From: a virus
Taxonomy: Duplodnaviria; Heunggongvirae; Uroviricota; Caudoviricetes
Direction: 5' to 3' (one strand)
Length of the DNA stretch: 64,000 bases
Virus record (IMG/VR): IMGVR_UViG_2721755710_000007
Coordinates: 11,410 to 75,409 of that record
The position numbers and the translations under genes were made by a program. The first letter of the stretch is position 1, and the number at the start of each line of letters is the position of its first letter. Under the pieces are notes generated by a model, which was given only the letters and a program-made list of their open reading frames with translations, was not told the origin of the DNA and ran no database searches. Positions 43,011-53,558 of this stretch are shown piece after piece.

Positions 43011-43865
43011 TGGGAGTTTCAGCTTTGGATTGCGAGAATGGACGATTACAAAACTTTCCCGGCCTTTCTTCTCAATTGAACAGTCGAGATAGCCGATTGT
43101 TTTAAGCTGTTCTATCGCTTTCTTAATGATACGGTTTTGCTCGCCAACAGCTGACTGCAAAGCCAGGCGCTCACGGATTCGGGCGAAAGATAGCGGCAAC
43201 GGATTCTGCGGAAGGCTTTCGATGAAAGTGTAAATGGCTTGTGCAGCTTCTTTCTTCGGAAGGGCACGCAAGGCGTGGTGTTGCAACAGAACGCGATAAT
43301 CAAGCTGGAACAGCTCCCACAGCTTCGAATCAGCCTCCAGCTCTATCAGATCAAGGTCAGCATCAAAACGACCGACCTTTAGCAGACCAGTCTGATAGCC
43401 GCCTTTAGCATCTTTTCCGCGCTTAAAAGCGATACCCTTGTTACGTAAGCGTCCAAGTGATTCATGAATGGTTAAACGCAGTTTCGCATCCAGACGTTTT
43501 GAGGGGAAACCACAGGCTTTAGCGAATTCCTGAAACGATAACTGGATGGTGTTTGAGGACAAGCCGTATTTGCTGAACGCGTAGATGACACCGATCCACG
43601 TTTTGAAATCAGTATCCATATCGAGTCGAGGACCGGTGATTTTAATATCATCGTAACCCTCGGCTTTAGCTATCTCCAGCTGGGAAAACGCTTTGGTGGC
43701 ATCAATCTCTTTACTTTCTCCTTTGCTCTTTGATGGCTTCGGCACGAATACCCCCAAGCGCATCAACGCTACAGGCTGCACAGTGTTGTTTGAATTAACT
43801 GTTAGTTCTTTTGCCTTACTTTCAATGTCTGCGTAAAGAATATCGGAGATAAATGATTGATTCAT
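43005..43865 (-). CDS. repA: RepA plasmid replication initiator
   Basis: 286 aa starting MNQSFISDILYADIES, matching recalled P1 RepA; flanked by iteron arrays. Confidence 0.9.
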   Translation of the reverse strand: MNQSFISDILYADIESKAKELTVNSNNTVQPVALMRLGVFVPKPSKSKGESKEIDATKAFSQLEIAKAEGYDDIKITGPRLDMDTDFKTWIGVIYAFSKYGLSSNTIQLSFQEFAKACGFPSKRLDAKLRLTIHESLGRLRNKGIAFKRGKDAKGGYQTGLLKVGRFDADLDLIELEADSKLWELFQLDYRVLLQHHALRALPKKEAAQAIYTFIESLPQNPLPLSFARIRERLALQSAVGEQNRIIKKAIEQLKTIGYLDCSIEKKGRESFVIVHSRNPKLKLPE

Positions 43866-43914
43866 ATTACTTTTTCCGAATTATGTAGATAGTTTTTATA
43901 AGTGATGATAACTA

Positions 43915-44140
43915 CCCAGGCTTTCCCGTCAGCACACATCCTATATCCCGCCAGCACACATTAGCAACCCGTCAGCACACATTTTTATCCCGCCAGCACA
44001 CATCGTTTTCCCGCCAGCACACATCGCGATACACTTCTAGGCCAGACGTGGCGCGGCCTGCAACGATCAGGGATCTATATGGATCTAATTGGGATCTGTA
44101 TGGACCTAATTATTGGATCTATCCAGTGGATAATGTGGAT
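43915..44140. other. oriR plasmid origin
   Basis: Five CCCGCCAGCACACAT iterons, then GATC heptamer repeats and DnaA boxes (TGTGGATAA). Confidence 0.75.
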
Positions 44141-44183
44141 AAGTGAAAAACCGGCCAACAAAGCCGGTTGGAAGGAAGCTGTA

Positions 44184-44576
44184 TTATTCTATGCTTTCGA
44201 TGAGAAGACCATGTTCATAACATTTAAGCTCATCGCCTTCGTACAGGAATTGGTATCCAATACCACCATCTTCATGGACATTAGGGAATAACTCATAACT
44301 CACTGAAGAGCAAATCACACCAATACAGCGATCAACGCCTTCTCGTTCTTCAGTGCTGAAAAAATCCTCTTCGGTAAGAACATGAGTACATTGCTCATCA
44401 GCATAGGTCGGAAATACATGCTCAATGCAATCCGGGTGTTTTAAACCAAGCTGATCGGCAAGCTCGAAAGCACGACGGTATTGTTCAGATCCTGGCTTGC
44501 CAACAGTGATTTGCTCAATTTTGTAGATTGAAGTCGCTTTGTTGATAGTTTGCTTTACTGTTACTTTATCAGACAT
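44184..44576 (-). CDS. hypothetical protein (130 aa)
   Basis: ORF only. Confidence 0.4.
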   Translation of the reverse strand: MSDKVTVKQTINKATSIYKIEQITVGKPGSEQYRRAFELADQLGLKHPDCIEHVFPTYADEQCTHVLTEEDFFSTEEREGVDRCIGVICSSVSYELFPNVHEDGGIGYQFLYEGDELKCYEHGLLIESIE

Positions 44577-44587
44577 AAAAATCCCTT

Positions 44588-44839
44588 TTAGTTACCGCTA
44601 ATAGCTCGGTTGTAATCATTAACGTTGCGATTCTTCCTGTTAATCCCCATCAGCATCGTTTCTGTATCGAGGATATACGCTGGCAGATCATCAAAATATT
44701 CACTGCTAAACTCTGGCATCCTGCACATAAATGCACTTTTTGGGTCAGGGTGGTTAACCTTTGTCGGCGTCGGCGTTAAATTCGCTGATCGACTCCCGGA
44801 GCAACCGCTGAGTGTCAGCAGGAATACGCTGGCGAACAT
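44588..44839 (-). CDS. putative o-spanin-like lipoprotein
   Basis: 84 aa from internal Met; lipobox LSGC; 5' end embedded in the preceding gene in another frame. Confidence 0.3.
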   Translation of the reverse strand: MFASVFLLTLSGCSGSRSANLTPTPTKVNHPDPKSAFMCRMPEFSSEYFDDLPAYILDTETMLMGINRKNRNVNDYNRAISGN

Positions 44840-45176
44840 TACCCGCCGCAACCAGTTGTTTCTGAACTTCAGCTTTTCGTTCCATTTGCCTGTCAGCATA
44901 TTTGGCTTGTTCTGATTCATTTTTCACTTCCTGGCTGTGAAAATGTTGCTCTGCTTTGTTCATCGTCTCAATGGTCTGGTTAAGATCCATTATTGACTTA
45001 TCACGTTCCTTAACAGCCTGATCAAGACTGCCAATTTTCTCCATGGCTTGCTTTAGCTGATGACGTTCCCATGCAAACCCAGCACCAACAAGTGCGCAAA
45101 TCAGAACAAGAACACCAGTAGCAGCAAGTTTCTCCTTCAAAGACAAAGCTGTTTTTAACGTAGAAAAGAATGACAT
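44754..45176 (-). CDS. putative i-spanin-like protein
   Basis: N-terminal transmembrane helix then coiled coil. Confidence 0.35.
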   Translation of the reverse strand: MSFFSTLKTALSLKEKLAATGVLVLICALVGAGFAWERHQLKQAMEKIGSLDQAVKERDKSIMDLNQTIETMNKAEQHFHSQEVKNESEQAKYADRQMERKAEVQKQLVAAGNVRQRIPADTQRLLRESISEFNADADKG

Positions 45177-45215
45177 GTCTTCCTCCTGAAGAAAAATTAT
45201 CAATGAAGTCCTTTG

Positions 45216-46004
45216 TTACTGTGCCGCTTTGTTTAATTCATCAAGAACTGAATCAGGAACCAAAGCGGCAACTGCGCTGGCTGTGCTGGCCTTATTTGCT
45301 GATGCTTCCGCAAGCGCGGTACCGATAGCATGGTTATAAGCAGTTATGGCTACGTTGGCGCTTTCATTCGCTCGTTCATACTGCTGTTGTAACGCAGTTG
45401 TGGGCGCTGTTGTCTGGTTGAAAACAACCCCAAACTGTTCAGTTGCTACTTTCAGAGATTCAATTTGCTCTTCTGTTAGTGCTGGTGGGGGAGTGGCAGT
45501 GCCGCCGCCTGAACCAGAGCCTGACGAGCTTCCTGAGCCAGTGTTAAGGGTCTGGTTAATCTCCCCCATAGCAGCGACTAAACTTGATGTATTAAGCGCG
45601 TTAACAGCGTCCTCAAGCGATTTAGTAATATTCACATTACCAATGGCAATAGAGATCGGCAGTTCTGAAACTTCTCGCTCATTAGCACGGCAGTAAACAT
45701 CCCAACCAATATCGAGTTGAAGCAGCATTGACAGATCTGCATAACCAGCCAACAGGTCCGCGTGCTTAGTTGCCAGTTCTCCAATGTTCGTTAAGCCGGT
45801 TGTGGTTGTTCTGATCGTTGAAACATAGCTGGTAATAGTGTCGGGATAGACAATGGTATCCAGAATTAATCCGGTCAATTCTTCTGCAAGCAGTTTTGCT
45901 GTGTTAGCACTGTTTCGTGCCGATGTTATGGCACCAGGTGTTTTCATCCCACCGGCGGCGGCCAATTTTTTATATGCGGATAACTGGTAGTCTTTTTCCA
46001 GCAT
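45216..46004 (-). CDS. hypothetical protein with Gly/Ser linker
   Basis: ORF from internal Met (MLEKDYQL); GSGSSSGSGSGGG linker. Confidence 0.4.
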   Translation of the reverse strand: MLEKDYQLSAYKKLAAAGGMKTPGAITSARNSANTAKLLAEELTGLILDTIVYPDTITSYVSTIRTTTTGLTNIGELATKHADLLAGYADLSMLLQLDIGWDVYCRANEREVSELPISIAIGNVNITKSLEDAVNALNTSSLVAAMGEINQTLNTGSGSSSGSGSGGGTATPPPALTEEQIESLKVATEQFGVVFNQTTAPTTALQQQYERANESANVAITAYNHAIGTALAEASANKASTASAVAALVPDSVLDELNKAAQ

Positions 46005-46012
46005 GATATCTC

Positions 46013-46297
46013 CTAACTTACCTGAACCAGGCCGTCTCCGGACGCTACGGTAGATCCGCATGAAACAGGGTCACCAACGCATACGATCCCTTTACCATTG
46101 ACGGTAAACCATGCCCTGGTTGATATAGCTTGCCCACCGTGCGTACTGTTTCCATCGGTATGCTGTGCATATTGCTTACCATCAACTAACACTTCGACTC
46201 CGTTGACTTTAAGTAGTGGTTCACTCTCTACAGGAGGCCTGGATGGGAATCCTCCGTGCCCCGAACAAATGCTGTCTTTTGTTGCAATACTTGCCAC
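46013..46297 (-). CDS. small Gly/Cys/His-rich protein, possibly PAAR-like
   Basis: 94 aa; CSGHGG ... STHGG ... GDPVSCGS pattern. Confidence 0.3.
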   Translation of the reverse strand: MASIATKDSICSGHGGFPSRPPVESEPLLKVNGVEVLVDGKQYAQHTDGNSTHGGQAISTRAWFTVNGKGIVCVGDPVSCGSTVASGDGLVQVS

Positions 46298-46378
46298 GCC
46301 ATCACCAATTATTTGCTCTGATTTTCGTTATTTTAACTTAGGTTATTTGTGGTCTGTATGGCGTTTACTTATTACAAA

Positions 46379-46395
46379 ATTGCTCTAATAAATAT
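46379..46395 (+). promoter_or_regulatory. C1 operator
   Basis: ATTGCTCTAATAAATAT, 16/17. Confidence 0.55.
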
Positions 46396-46466
46396 TGTTT
46401 TTTATGTCGTATTTTCGGTACCATTCAGCCATCGCCCTTCAATGGGCATTTGTTTGGAGTCGTCAG

Positions 46467-46751
46467 ATGCAGATGGAGCTAATAAGCCGCAAAGAGTTCG
46501 ATAGCCGTGTAACCAGCGGTGAACTCGACAACTTGCAGGCTATCAAGGTGAAAGAAGGCTTTTGCCTCATTGGGAATCAGAGCGGAACAAATCGCGTTTT
46601 TATGCTTCGCCGTACGGATTTGAAGCCATTTGTCTGGAAGAACGAAATTGGTCCCAGCTCATACGCTCAAACGAGGGGGTGCCACAACCTGGCCTTTTTC
46701 TACAAAGACGAGCTTTCTGTGGTTGATATTCAAGGGTTACAACATGTTTAA
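46467..46751 (+). CDS. hypothetical protein upstream of hrdC
   Basis: ORF from [11 protein letters not shown]; stop overlaps hrdC start. Confidence 0.4.
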   Translation: MQMELISRKEFDSRVTSGELDNLQAIKVKEGFCLIGNQSGTNRVFMLRRTDLKPFVWKNEIGPSSYAQTRGCHNLAFFYKDELSVVDIQGLQHV

Positions 46752-47649
46752 GCACTGGAAAAACATTACTATTTATAAACTTTCTCGTGAGGCGGATCTG
46801 ACCGACTTAGAAGATAAAAAGAAAATGATCCTTTTCACGCCATGCGGTAGTCAGGATATGGCCAAGTTCGGTTTTGTATCTCCATTTGGTGATAATTCCG
46901 AAGTTATCGCTATGCATGGAAATGGTTTTATCCTTGTTGAAGCAAAGCGCGAAACAAAAATTCTTCCCCCGCCGGTTATCCAGCGAGCTATTCAAGAAAA
47001 AATTGAAAAACTTGAGCAAGAACAAGCGTGTAAACTGAAGAAAACAGAGAAGGACTCCCTGAAAGACGAAGTTCTGCATTCTCTTCTGCCACGGGCTTTT
47101 TCAAAGTTTTCTGTTATCCAGGCGATCTACGACGGTTCAACTAAACGTATCTATATCAATGCCAGCGCGCGGCAGGCAGAGGATATGCTCGCGCTTATGC
47201 GTAAGTCTCTGGGTTCTCTTCCTGTTGTTCCCCTGAGTGTTGAAAATCCCATTGAATTAACGCTGACCGACTGGGTACGTGATGGTAGTGCTCCACAGGG
47301 ATTTCAAATGGGGGATGCGGCAGAACTTAAGGCAGTGCTTGAGGATGGCGGTATTGCCCGAGTGAAAAAGCAGGATTTGGGAAGCGATGAAATTTCCACA
47401 CACCTGGAAGCTGGCAAGCTCGTCACTAAGTTGGCACTCGACTGGCAGAACCGCATTAAATTTACACTGGACCATAACTTCAGCCTTACCAGCGTCAAAT
47501 TTGCGGATGAATTGCTTGAGCAGAACTCTGATATTGATAGTGAAGATGTAGCGCAGCGACTGGACGCAGATTTCTTCCTGTTGACCAGTGAAATTTCGTG
47601 CCTGGTTGATGCTCTGGTAAATGCCCTTGGTGGAGAGGCTAAGCAGTGA
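46744..47649 (+). CDS. hrdC: RdgC-like recombination-associated protein
   Basis: [19 protein letters not shown]...[11 protein letters not shown]...[23 protein letters not shown] closely resembles recalled E. coli RdgC. Confidence 0.8.
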   Translation: MFKHWKNITIYKLSREADLTDLEDKKKMILFTPCGSQDMAKFGFVSPFGDNSEVIAMHGNGFILVEAKRETKILPPPVIQRAIQEKIEKLEQEQACKLKKTEKDSLKDEVLHSLLPRAFSKFSVIQAIYDGSTKRIYINASARQAEDMLALMRKSLGSLPVVPLSVENPIELTLTDWVRDGSAPQGFQMGDAAELKAVLEDGGIARVKKQDLGSDEISTHLEAGKLVTKLALDWQNRIKFTLDHNFSLTSVKFADELLEQNSDIDSEDVAQRLDADFFLLTSEISCLVDALVNALGGEAKQ

Positions 47650-50600
47650 AAGAGCTGTGCTATGGATCTGTTTGCAGTGGAATTGAAGCCGCGAGTATTG
47701 CCTGGGAACCGTTGGGTATGCGTCCGGTTTGGTTTGCTGAAATCGAGCCTTTTCCATCGGCCGTTCTTGCGCTCCGCTGGCCCCATGTCGCCAACCTTGG
47801 CGACATGACAAAACTTGCCAAAAAAGTCTAGGCTGGGGAAATCGAATCCCCTGACGTGCTCGTCGGGGGAACACCATGTTTTACCGCGGGGCATATGGTT
47901 CTTTGTAAAAATGGTTATAAACCAATAGAAGATATTTGCCCTGGCGATTACGTAGTCAGTCATCTCGGGCGGTTACAACAAGTAAAAAGAGTTGGTTCAA
48001 AAATAGCTAATACGGGGTTACTTAATGCCGTTGGGCAGCCTTTAGGTATAAGAACAACCAATGACCATCCCTTCCTGGCGGTTCGGTGGAAAGCCCAAAA
48101 CACCCGGAAAAATGGCACATATTTTAAGAGAGAGTTGTTGTCTGAACCGGAATGGCGAGCAGCATGTGATATGCCGGGATATCAATGGTGCGCTCTAACT
48201 AATTTCAATATTGCATCTCCAGATATTTGTTCTCGGTTCTTGTCTGAAGAACAGGCTATGTATCTTGCGGGCGCTTATGTTGGCGATGGATATATTAGGA
48301 GATGGAGAGGTAAATCTAAGAAGGCGGTTGTTTTTGGCATAAATTGCCAGAAATTGAGAAAGTTTCATTGCCGCATACCAGAAAACATATTTTCCGTGGC
48401 AAGCGAAATCCGAGGGAGCATCAAAGTAACCTTGAATGATACGTGTTATGCCAATTGGCTTAATGAACATTTTGGCGAGTTAAGCCATGCTAAGCGTATC
48501 CCTGCATGGGTGATGTCGCATCCATTGCGTCATGTGTTTTTACAAGGCTATCTTGATACTGATGGGACACCAAGTGGTAAAGCGGGATTTAGAATTAATA
48601 GTGTTAGTCCTGCGCTTGCTTGGGGCGTTGCGGGGTTGTCACAGACTTGTGGTTATGTTTCTTCGGTCAGCTTTATTGAAGTTGAGCCCAAAAAAGTGAT
48701 CGAGGATCGCGTGGTAAATCAACGGAATTATTATCAGGTAACAATCTGCCCGCAGAAATTGTCACGTAAATCAAGATTGGCTCATGGAATGCTTTTACGA
48801 ACAGTCAAAGAGTTTAAATCGGTAGGCCTAGATACTGTATACAACATAGAAGTCGAAGGTGATCATTCCTATATCCTCAATGGTGCGGTGGTCCATAACT
48901 GTCAGGCATTCAGTATCGCGGGATTACGTGGTGGGCTTGATGATGAGCGTGGCGCGCTAACTTTAAAGTATGTGGAGCTTGCAAATGCAATTGACGACAA
49001 ACGGGCTGAGTCATTTCTCAAACCAGCCGTTATCGTCTGGGAAAATGTCCCAGGAGTCTTGTCATCGGCAGATAACGCCTTCGGATGTTTCCTTGCCGGA
49101 TTGGCTGGAGAAGATGCGCCATTTGAACCAGGTGATCGACCTGAATCAGGAAAAAGTAACGCGTTCTGGCGGTGGGATGGCAAAACCGGTTGCCATGCTC
49201 CAAAGTGGCCGCAGTGTGGTTGTATTTATGGGCCGCAGCGAAAGGTGGCCTGGAGAATCCTTGATGCCCAATACTTCGGAGTGGCACAACGACGCCGACG
49301 CGTGTTTGTTGTCGCAAGTGCTCGAACAGACCTCGATCCCGCAACGGTACTTTTTGAGTTCGAAGGCGTGCGCCGGAATATTGCGCCGAGCCGAAAAAAG
49401 AAGGAAATCGCTTCCGCCATTACTGCAAATGGCGCTGCAATCAGTGGCGAAAGCCTAAATCCATGCCTACACGCTGGCATGTCCCCCGGTATGAAATCGA
49501 CGAAAGCCGTAAACGGTTTCAGGATGGCGGCATTTGGGGAATATATTGACGATGAAACCGCATCGACAGTAAAGGCAAGAGACTTTAAAGATGCCACTGA
49601 CCTTGCTGTTTTTAGCAGCACAGGAGCAGGTTTTTGGTCAGAAGGGCATGGTACATTGCGGGCTCGTGAGCAAGAAAGCCATGAGCATCTTGTTACATTG
49701 GCTTTTCCTGAGCGTATGAGCGGTACACAACATGCTGCAACTAAGAATACTTCACCATCTCTAATGGCTAAAAATCCAACAGCTGTTTGCTATGAAGTAA
49801 GAAACGCAGAAGTAGCTGTCCGCCGTCTTACCCCTGTCGAATGTGAAAGGCTGCAAGGTTTTCCTGATGGGCATACGTTGATCCCGACGGAAAAGCGTAA
49901 AAAAGTTAATTCAGATGAACTGGCATATCTTCGCAATCACTATCCAGATTTAAGCGAAGAAGAGGCCGCGATGCTTGCAGCTGACGGACCGCGTTACAAA
50001 GCGATCGGCAATAGTATGGCAATACCAGTAATGCGCTGGATTGGCGATCGGATTACTAAGGCCGTATGTCGGCAGAAAGAAGGAAGTGAAACAAAAGAGC
50101 GAAAAGTTAAACCAGCGGCAGAATTCGAACGGTCCATATTCAAATGGGCTGGTGGAAAATTTGGTGTTCTGGAACAAATCTTTCGCTATTTGCCAGAAGG
50201 GAAGCGCCTGATTGAACCTTTCGTCGGTGGTGGAGCTGTCTTCATGAATGCCGGATACCAGGAAAATCTGCTAAATGATGTGAATGCTGACCTGATTAAC
50301 TTTTACAAGACTCTGCAACGCGAGGCGCATTCACTTATCACTCTGGCTCATCGTTTCTTCTTGGACTACAACACCCAGGAGGGATTCCTGGCAGTACGGA
50401 ATGCGTTTAACAAACAAGTCTATGATGATTTACATCGCGCAGCGGCGTTTTTGTTCCTGAACCGACATTGTTTTAACGGATTGACGCGTTACAACCAGGC
50501 CGGTGAGTTCAATGTCGGTTATGGGAAGTATAAAACTCCGTATTTCCCATTACAGGAGATGGAAGCCTTCCTCGGTGCGGAAGGTCGTTCTGAGTTTGTA

Positions 50601-50933
50601 TGTGGTGATTTTGCTGCGGTGATTGAAGCTGCCGGAGAAGGAGATGTCATTTTTTGCGATCCGCCATATGAACCGCTTCCAAATACAGAGGGATTCACGA
50701 ACTATTCCGGTCATGACTTTAAGTTTGAAGAGCAACAACGCCTGGTGTCTCTGTTGACGGATGCTCATCGCCGAGGTGCAAAGGTTCTCATTACTAACAG
50801 TGGCGCGCCAAACATCAGAGAGCTTTATCATGACAATGGTTTCAGAGTGGAACCTCTTTTTGCCAGACGTTCTGTGTCTTGTAAGGGGGACACTCGAGGT
50901 GTTGCTCATGACGTTTTAGGTATATTGCTCTAA
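47646..50933 (+). CDS. dmt: Dmt-like bifunctional DNA methyltransferase (N-terminal C5-cytosine MTase, C-terminal Dam-like N6-adenine MTase), interrupted by an in-frame TAG at 47829-47831 and by an intein
   Basis: C5-MTase motifs I (CSGIEAAS), IV (GGTP-CQAFS), ENV, QRRR, GNS; Dam motifs KWAGGK, DPPY; exteins total about 753 codons. Confidence 0.75.
47877..48899 (+). mobile_element. intein with LAGLIDADG homing-endonuclease domain (341 codons) within dmt
   Basis: Starts with Cys after GGTP, ends HN followed by Cys; TTNDH block B; [11 protein letters not shown] and [11 protein letters not shown] blocks. Confidence 0.8.
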
Positions 50934-50940
50934 TAAATTT
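50924..50940 (+). promoter_or_regulatory. C1 operator, perfect consensus, overlapping the dmt stop codon
   Basis: ATTGCTCTAATAAATTT, 17/17. Confidence 0.65.
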
Positions 50941-51608
50941 ATTAGTGTAATATCGCCTCAATGAATCGTGATTTATAGAGCGATTTAGCTGTTAGCCGCG
51001 ACAGGCGCGGCGGCAAGTATGGCGGGGTAGTGACTCCTTCCCCATCATGACGCCGAGTTGCCAGGTTGACCATACGCCTAAGTGGCAACACCGAAGTGCG
51101 TTACGAGCTTCCAGTTTGCCCATCTTCGGGTGGGCGTTTTTTCAGGGTTTTCGTCATGGTTAGCGACTTTGCGGCGGTTTAGAAACTGACCATTAAAGTA
51201 AATGCAAACGATGATCTGATGATGGCAGCGGCCTAAGAAGCCTGATGCCACGGGGTATGAGTCGTCCCCCGTCAAAAAAATCGACCGCAGAGTGTCCCCG
51301 TCTGTGTATTAGGGAACGGGGAGGCACAACAGGTAAGGGCGCTGGTGTGATTAACCAGATGAACGAGAAGGGGCCATCTGTTGGTCAGCGTCCTTTCCTG
51401 TTGCGTCTTCTTTTCAGCGTAACAGCGGTGCTTAACAGCACTTTGGGTACAGTTCCACGAATTTACGGGTATATCCCGTCATGCTGAAAGCGCTAATCAC
51501 GCTGGAAGCCAGGGTTATGCATCCCCTGTTACCGAATTGCAGCCAGGGCGCGGTGCGCCGAAAAGCATACGGAGGTGGAAGCCCTCGCCGGAGACGTACC
51601 CGGCAAGT

Positions 51609-51684
51609 GATGGTGTAGCTCAGCGGTTAGAGCGGTTGACTGTTAATCAACGGGTCGATGGTTCAAATCCATCCACCATCGCCA
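51609..51684 (+). tRNA. tRNA-Asn (anticodon GTT)
   Basis: 76 nt; acceptor GATGGTG/CACCATC, anticodon loop CTGTTAA, T-loop TTCAAAT, encoded CCA. Confidence 0.85.
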
Positions 51685-51686
51685 AT

Positions 51687-51762
51687 GCCGGTTTAGCTCA
51701 GTTGGTAGAGCGCCTGCTTTGTAAGCAGGATGTCAGCGGTTCGAGTCCGTTAATCGGCACCA
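51687..51762 (+). tRNA. tRNA-Thr (anticodon TGT)
   Basis: 76 nt; anticodon loop TTTGTAA, T-loop TTCGAGT, encoded CCA; 2 nt after tRNA-Asn. Confidence 0.85.
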
Positions 51763-52493
51763 GCACAACAGGTAAGGGTATTTTGCGACGTCGGAGATCG
51801 CCGAGCTTGGCAGAGGGTTCGAATCCCTACGAAGTACCCTTACCGTTGTGAGGAAGTGCAGCTCTTTGAAGCAACCAGAAGATAAGCATCTGGCTTCACA
51901 ACATAAACCGCAGGAACGACCAATAAACGGTAGTCCGTATGGAGAACACCCCGTTGAGGAAGAGGCCTGGCCGGAACCGTAACCGGCACTACAACGTTGA
52001 GAACACTGGCGTAACGGGGTCATATCCCAATCTACGAATAAATGTTGCGTTGCAGCGTGACAACCAGTGTTCTCAACATTGTGGTGAATGCACAGGCTGA
52101 TGTGCCGCAACTACAGTAGTGCGCGCTTTGCGGGGCTTGCTACAACCCTGTGTCGGAGTTCAGCACCGACCATCACAGTTTGATTCTCTGGCATGAGCAT
52201 AACGCTGAAATAAGTCCAGTCTGGTGCGGCCCGATCACCCGCCGTTAGCTCCACGAAACGGAGCACGTAACAGGTAAGAGCATTCTCCTGTAACGGGTTC
52301 ATATCCCAATCTACAGGTCCACCAGGAATGCTCTTTCCGTTGCGGTGAATGCGGCTAAGCGCACGCGGAACAGTTAAAACAATCCTCCTTAATGGTTAAA
52401 CATTCCGGCGTTAATTGTTAACTGGTTAACGTCACCGGGAGGCACTCGGCACCGCAATCTAATAAATATGTCACTTTTATTGAGGGATAACCA

Positions 52494-52928
52494 ATGTTCG
52501 GTAAATTGTTCGGCAAGAAAGTCGCTTCTGCAAAAGTAGAGCTGAAAAAAGTTGAGAATCGCGATCTGATGGAGGCCATCATCGGTGGCTGTTTGTTGGT
52601 GTCTGCCGCTGATGGTGAAATCGAAAAAGAAGAAACAGCGAAACTTGATCAGCTTGTCCGCTCTAATCCGCGTCTTAGTCATTTTGGTAACGAAATTACT
52701 GCAACAATTACCCGCTTTACCGAGCAACTGGAAGCTGGCTTCCGTGTTGGTCGCATGAATATCCTTCGCGAAATTGAAGATATCAAAAACGATCCAAAAG
52801 AAGCGGAAGAAGTATTCGTTAACATGCTGACAATTGCAGAAGCGGACGGTGAAATCGAGCCAGCAGAACACAAAGTACTGGAAGAAGTAGGCCGTCGTTT
52901 AGGTCTTCGTGTGGAAGATTATCTGTAA
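52494..52928 (+). CDS. tciA: TerB-like protein (tellurite resistance / Tci family)
   Basis: 144 aa with paired ADGEIE acidic repeats typical of TerB. Confidence 0.65.
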   Translation: MFGKLFGKKVASAKVELKKVENRDLMEAIIGGCLLVSAADGEIEKEETAKLDQLVRSNPRLSHFGNEITATITRFTEQLEAGFRVGRMNILREIEDIKNDPKEAEEVFVNMLTIAEADGEIEPAEHKVLEEVGRRLGLRVEDYL

Positions 52929-53092
52929 TGGCAAGCAAGGCACGTATCGCAATCGCCATTGGTTTTCTCTTGCTGTCCGTGCTGGTGGATTTCACCAGCA
53001 CAATGCTGTCAGTTTTATCGGACGGGGCGTTGGTGGCAGTAGCTGTAACATTGGTATGGCCGATATTAAAAACAGCTTCTAAGGATCAGTGA
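52928..53092 (+). CDS. small hydrophobic protein (tciB position)
   Basis: 54 codons, translationally coupled (TAATG); below the ORF-track size cutoff. Confidence 0.4.
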   Translation: MASKARIAIAIGFLLLSVLVDFTSTMLSVLSDGALVAVAVTLVWPILKTASKDQ

Positions 53093-53199
53093 TGGGCTTC
53101 TGGGATTTTGCTGACAAGCATCCAATTGTTCTCGTTGTCATTGCTGGCATAGTTGTAGGCGGTATTGCTGGCGTCATAGAAGCACTCAGGAAACAGTAA
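53092..53199 (+). CDS. small hydrophobic protein (tciC position)
   Basis: 35 codons, coupled (TGATG); single transmembrane helix. Confidence 0.4.
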   Translation: MGFWDFADKHPIVLVVIAGIVVGGIAGVIEALRKQ

Positions 53200-53202
53200 T
53201 CC

Positions 53203-53278
53203 GGCCCTTTAGCTCAGTGGTTAGAGCTGGCGACTCATAATCGCACGGTCACCGGTTCAAGTCCGGTAGGGGCCACCA
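53203..53278 (+). tRNA. tRNA with CAT anticodon (Met, or Ile2 if lysidine-modified; P1 trnI position)
   Basis: 76 nt; acceptor GGCCCTT/AGGGGCC, anticodon loop CTCATAA, T-loop TTCAAGT, encoded CCA. Confidence 0.8.
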
Positions 53279-53558
53279 TATTTGGTTGTAACACGGCGTC
53301 TGGCACATGCGTCGTTAGCGGTCTGGTGACGTTAAAAGGGGGGAACCTTGCCCCTAGCTCAGGCAACGAACCAGGTAGCCGGAATGTGCAAGCCACCGTT
53401 TGTTGTTTCTCGGGTAAAGGGATTCACCATCCTGGCGATTCGGTGTGACAGCCGGGAAGAGTCCGGCGCATTAATCCTGATTTTCTGGTGATGACTCATA
53501 TCGTTAGGAGTGATTTGAGTATGCCGATTATATCTGACATTCAGCACGCCTGGGTGGA

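Noticed and set aside
42654-43105. Four overlapping ORFs of 98-127 aa
   Set aside because: Fall entirely within the incA iteron array; repeated CAGG/MCAG translations are artefacts of the 19-bp iterons.
51766-51846. Possible third tRNA directly after tRNA-Thr
   Set aside because: A T-arm-like GGGTTCGAATCCC is present but I could not build a full cloverleaf with acceptor and anticodon stems; kept as a structured element only.
51537-52110. ORFs 51537-51851 (+) and 51733-52110 (-)
   Set aside because: They run through the tRNA-Asn and tRNA-Thr genes and the repeat region; translation artefacts of RNA genes.
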